Below, piece after piece: positions 63,294 to 64,000 of a DNA stretch of 64,000 bases. Each line of letters begins with the position of its first letter. The first letter of the stretch is position 1. The stretch spans positions 1,732 through 65,731 of the IMG/VR virus record IMGVR_UViG_3300017648_000198; one strand, given 5' to 3'. The notes beneath the pieces were generated by a model. That model saw only the letters and a list, made by a program, of their open reading frames with translations, did no database searches and was not told the origin of the DNA. Source of the stretch: a virus. Taxonomy: Duplodnaviria > Caudoviricetes. Made by a program: the position numbers and the translations under genes.

Positions 63294-64000
63294 CCTACGT
63301 ATATCGAACGGATCACATTCCGAAGTCGACCGCGTGTAACCGGCGACCTGGAATCGGAATGGCGGCGACTACAATTACCGTGCATAACACCGCTAATGAG
63401 AAATCGACCGCAGCTAACGAACGCGCGTGGCTGACGAATCCATCGAATAGCCGGACGGCTTCGTATCACATCGTAATCGACGAGCGCGAGGCAATCGAAG
63501 TCCTGCCGCTGAACGAAGTCGGATGGCACGCGGGCGACGGCGGCGGCGCGAAGTCCGGCAACCGTACGTCCATCGGTATCGAAATTTGCGAGAGTGGCGA
63601 TTACGAAAAAACGTTATCCAATGCGGTATCGCTCGTTGCGAAAATGCTGCATGAACGCGGTTGGGATACGTCAAAGTTACGTCGTCATTACGATTGGTCC
63701 GGCAAGATATGTCCGAGGCTAATGTACGATAACGGAACGTGGCGAGGTTGGGCGGAGTTTGTCTCGCGAGTTAAAACGGAGTTGGAACGTATTAAGAAAT
63801 CGGAGGTGGCGAAAGTGGGCGAAGCGAAAACGGCAAATTACGAAGAAGTCACCGTAAAAGTTAACGGCAAGGACGTTGGCGAAGTCGGATGGCTTGCGGC
63901 AGGCGTAACGCGAGTTCCCGTTCGTAAGATTGCGGAAGCGTTTGGTGCCCGCGTGACGTATGATGCGAAAAGTAAAACGGTAAATATAACGAAGGCGTAG
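63290..64000 (+). CDS. N-acetylmuramoyl-L-alanine amidase endolysin (Amidase_2) with C-terminal stalk-like binding domain
   Basis: ITVHNTAN, SYH.VID, WHAGDG, GNRTSIGIEIC, HYDWSGKICP; VPVRKIAEAFGA.V.YD. Confidence 0.92.
   Translation: MTYVYRTDHIPKSTACNRRPGIGMAATTITVHNTANEKSTAANERAWLTNPSNSRTASYHIVIDEREAIEVLPLNEVGWHAGDGGGAKSGNRTSIGIEICESGDYEKTLSNAVSLVAKMLHERGWDTSKLRRHYDWSGKICPRLMYDNGTWRGWAEFVSRVKTELERIKKSEVAKVGEAKTANYEEVTVKVNGKDVGEVGWLAAGVTRVPVRKIAEAFGARVTYDAKSKTVNITKA

Noticed and set aside
8400-63700. Numerous 60-180 aa opposite-strand or alternate-frame ORFs in the track
   Set aside because: Shadow ORFs of well-supported genes, lacking SDs and motifs.
1-64000. CRISPR array, diversity-generating retroelement, tRNA genes
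   Set aside because: No regularly spaced repeats, no reverse transcriptase or TR/VR pair, and no cloverleaf with a T-loop consensus were seen.
1-64000. Integrase/att site
   Set aside because: No tyrosine or serine recombinase ORF is present. It may lie outside the window, so a temperate lifestyle is inferred only from the repressor switch.

Overview
The window is almost all of a tailed-phage or prophage genome with siphovirus-type organisation and a probable Paenibacillaceae/Bacillaceae host. The host call rests on Firmicute SD sequences and sigma-A promoters, a Firmicute-type LexA box, and Paenibacillus-type 'stalk' domains in a moron and the endolysin. Gene order: early genes and an Xre repressor switch (1-7.2 kb); replication (DnaC-like loader, DnaB, primase, sigma-like factor, SSB, PolA, exonuclease, RuvC, clamp-like protein; 7.2-21.3 kb); nucleotide metabolism (nrdI, nrdE split by two group I introns, nrdF, dut, thyX, dNMP kinase; 21.3-33.4 kb); a DNA-modification block (PAPS-reductase-like, C5 MTase, N6 MTase); late regulators and a RepL-like gene; packaging, head, tail and lysis genes (42.3-64 kb). 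No integrase is visible in the window. Most notable observations: (1) six nuclease genes appear to start at non-NTG codons behind strong SD sequences; (2) an ORF-less group I intron in the minor head gene has a free-standing LAGLIDADG gene just downstream; (3) an unannotated 25-aa hydrophobic peptide has an RBS-sequestering leader and a LexA box; (4) a ~390-nt structured RNA candidate lies upstream of ssb; (5) an SPR/phi3T-type C5 MTase has four tandem target-recognition modules. All calls come from reading the sequence by hand; no database searches or folding programs were run.
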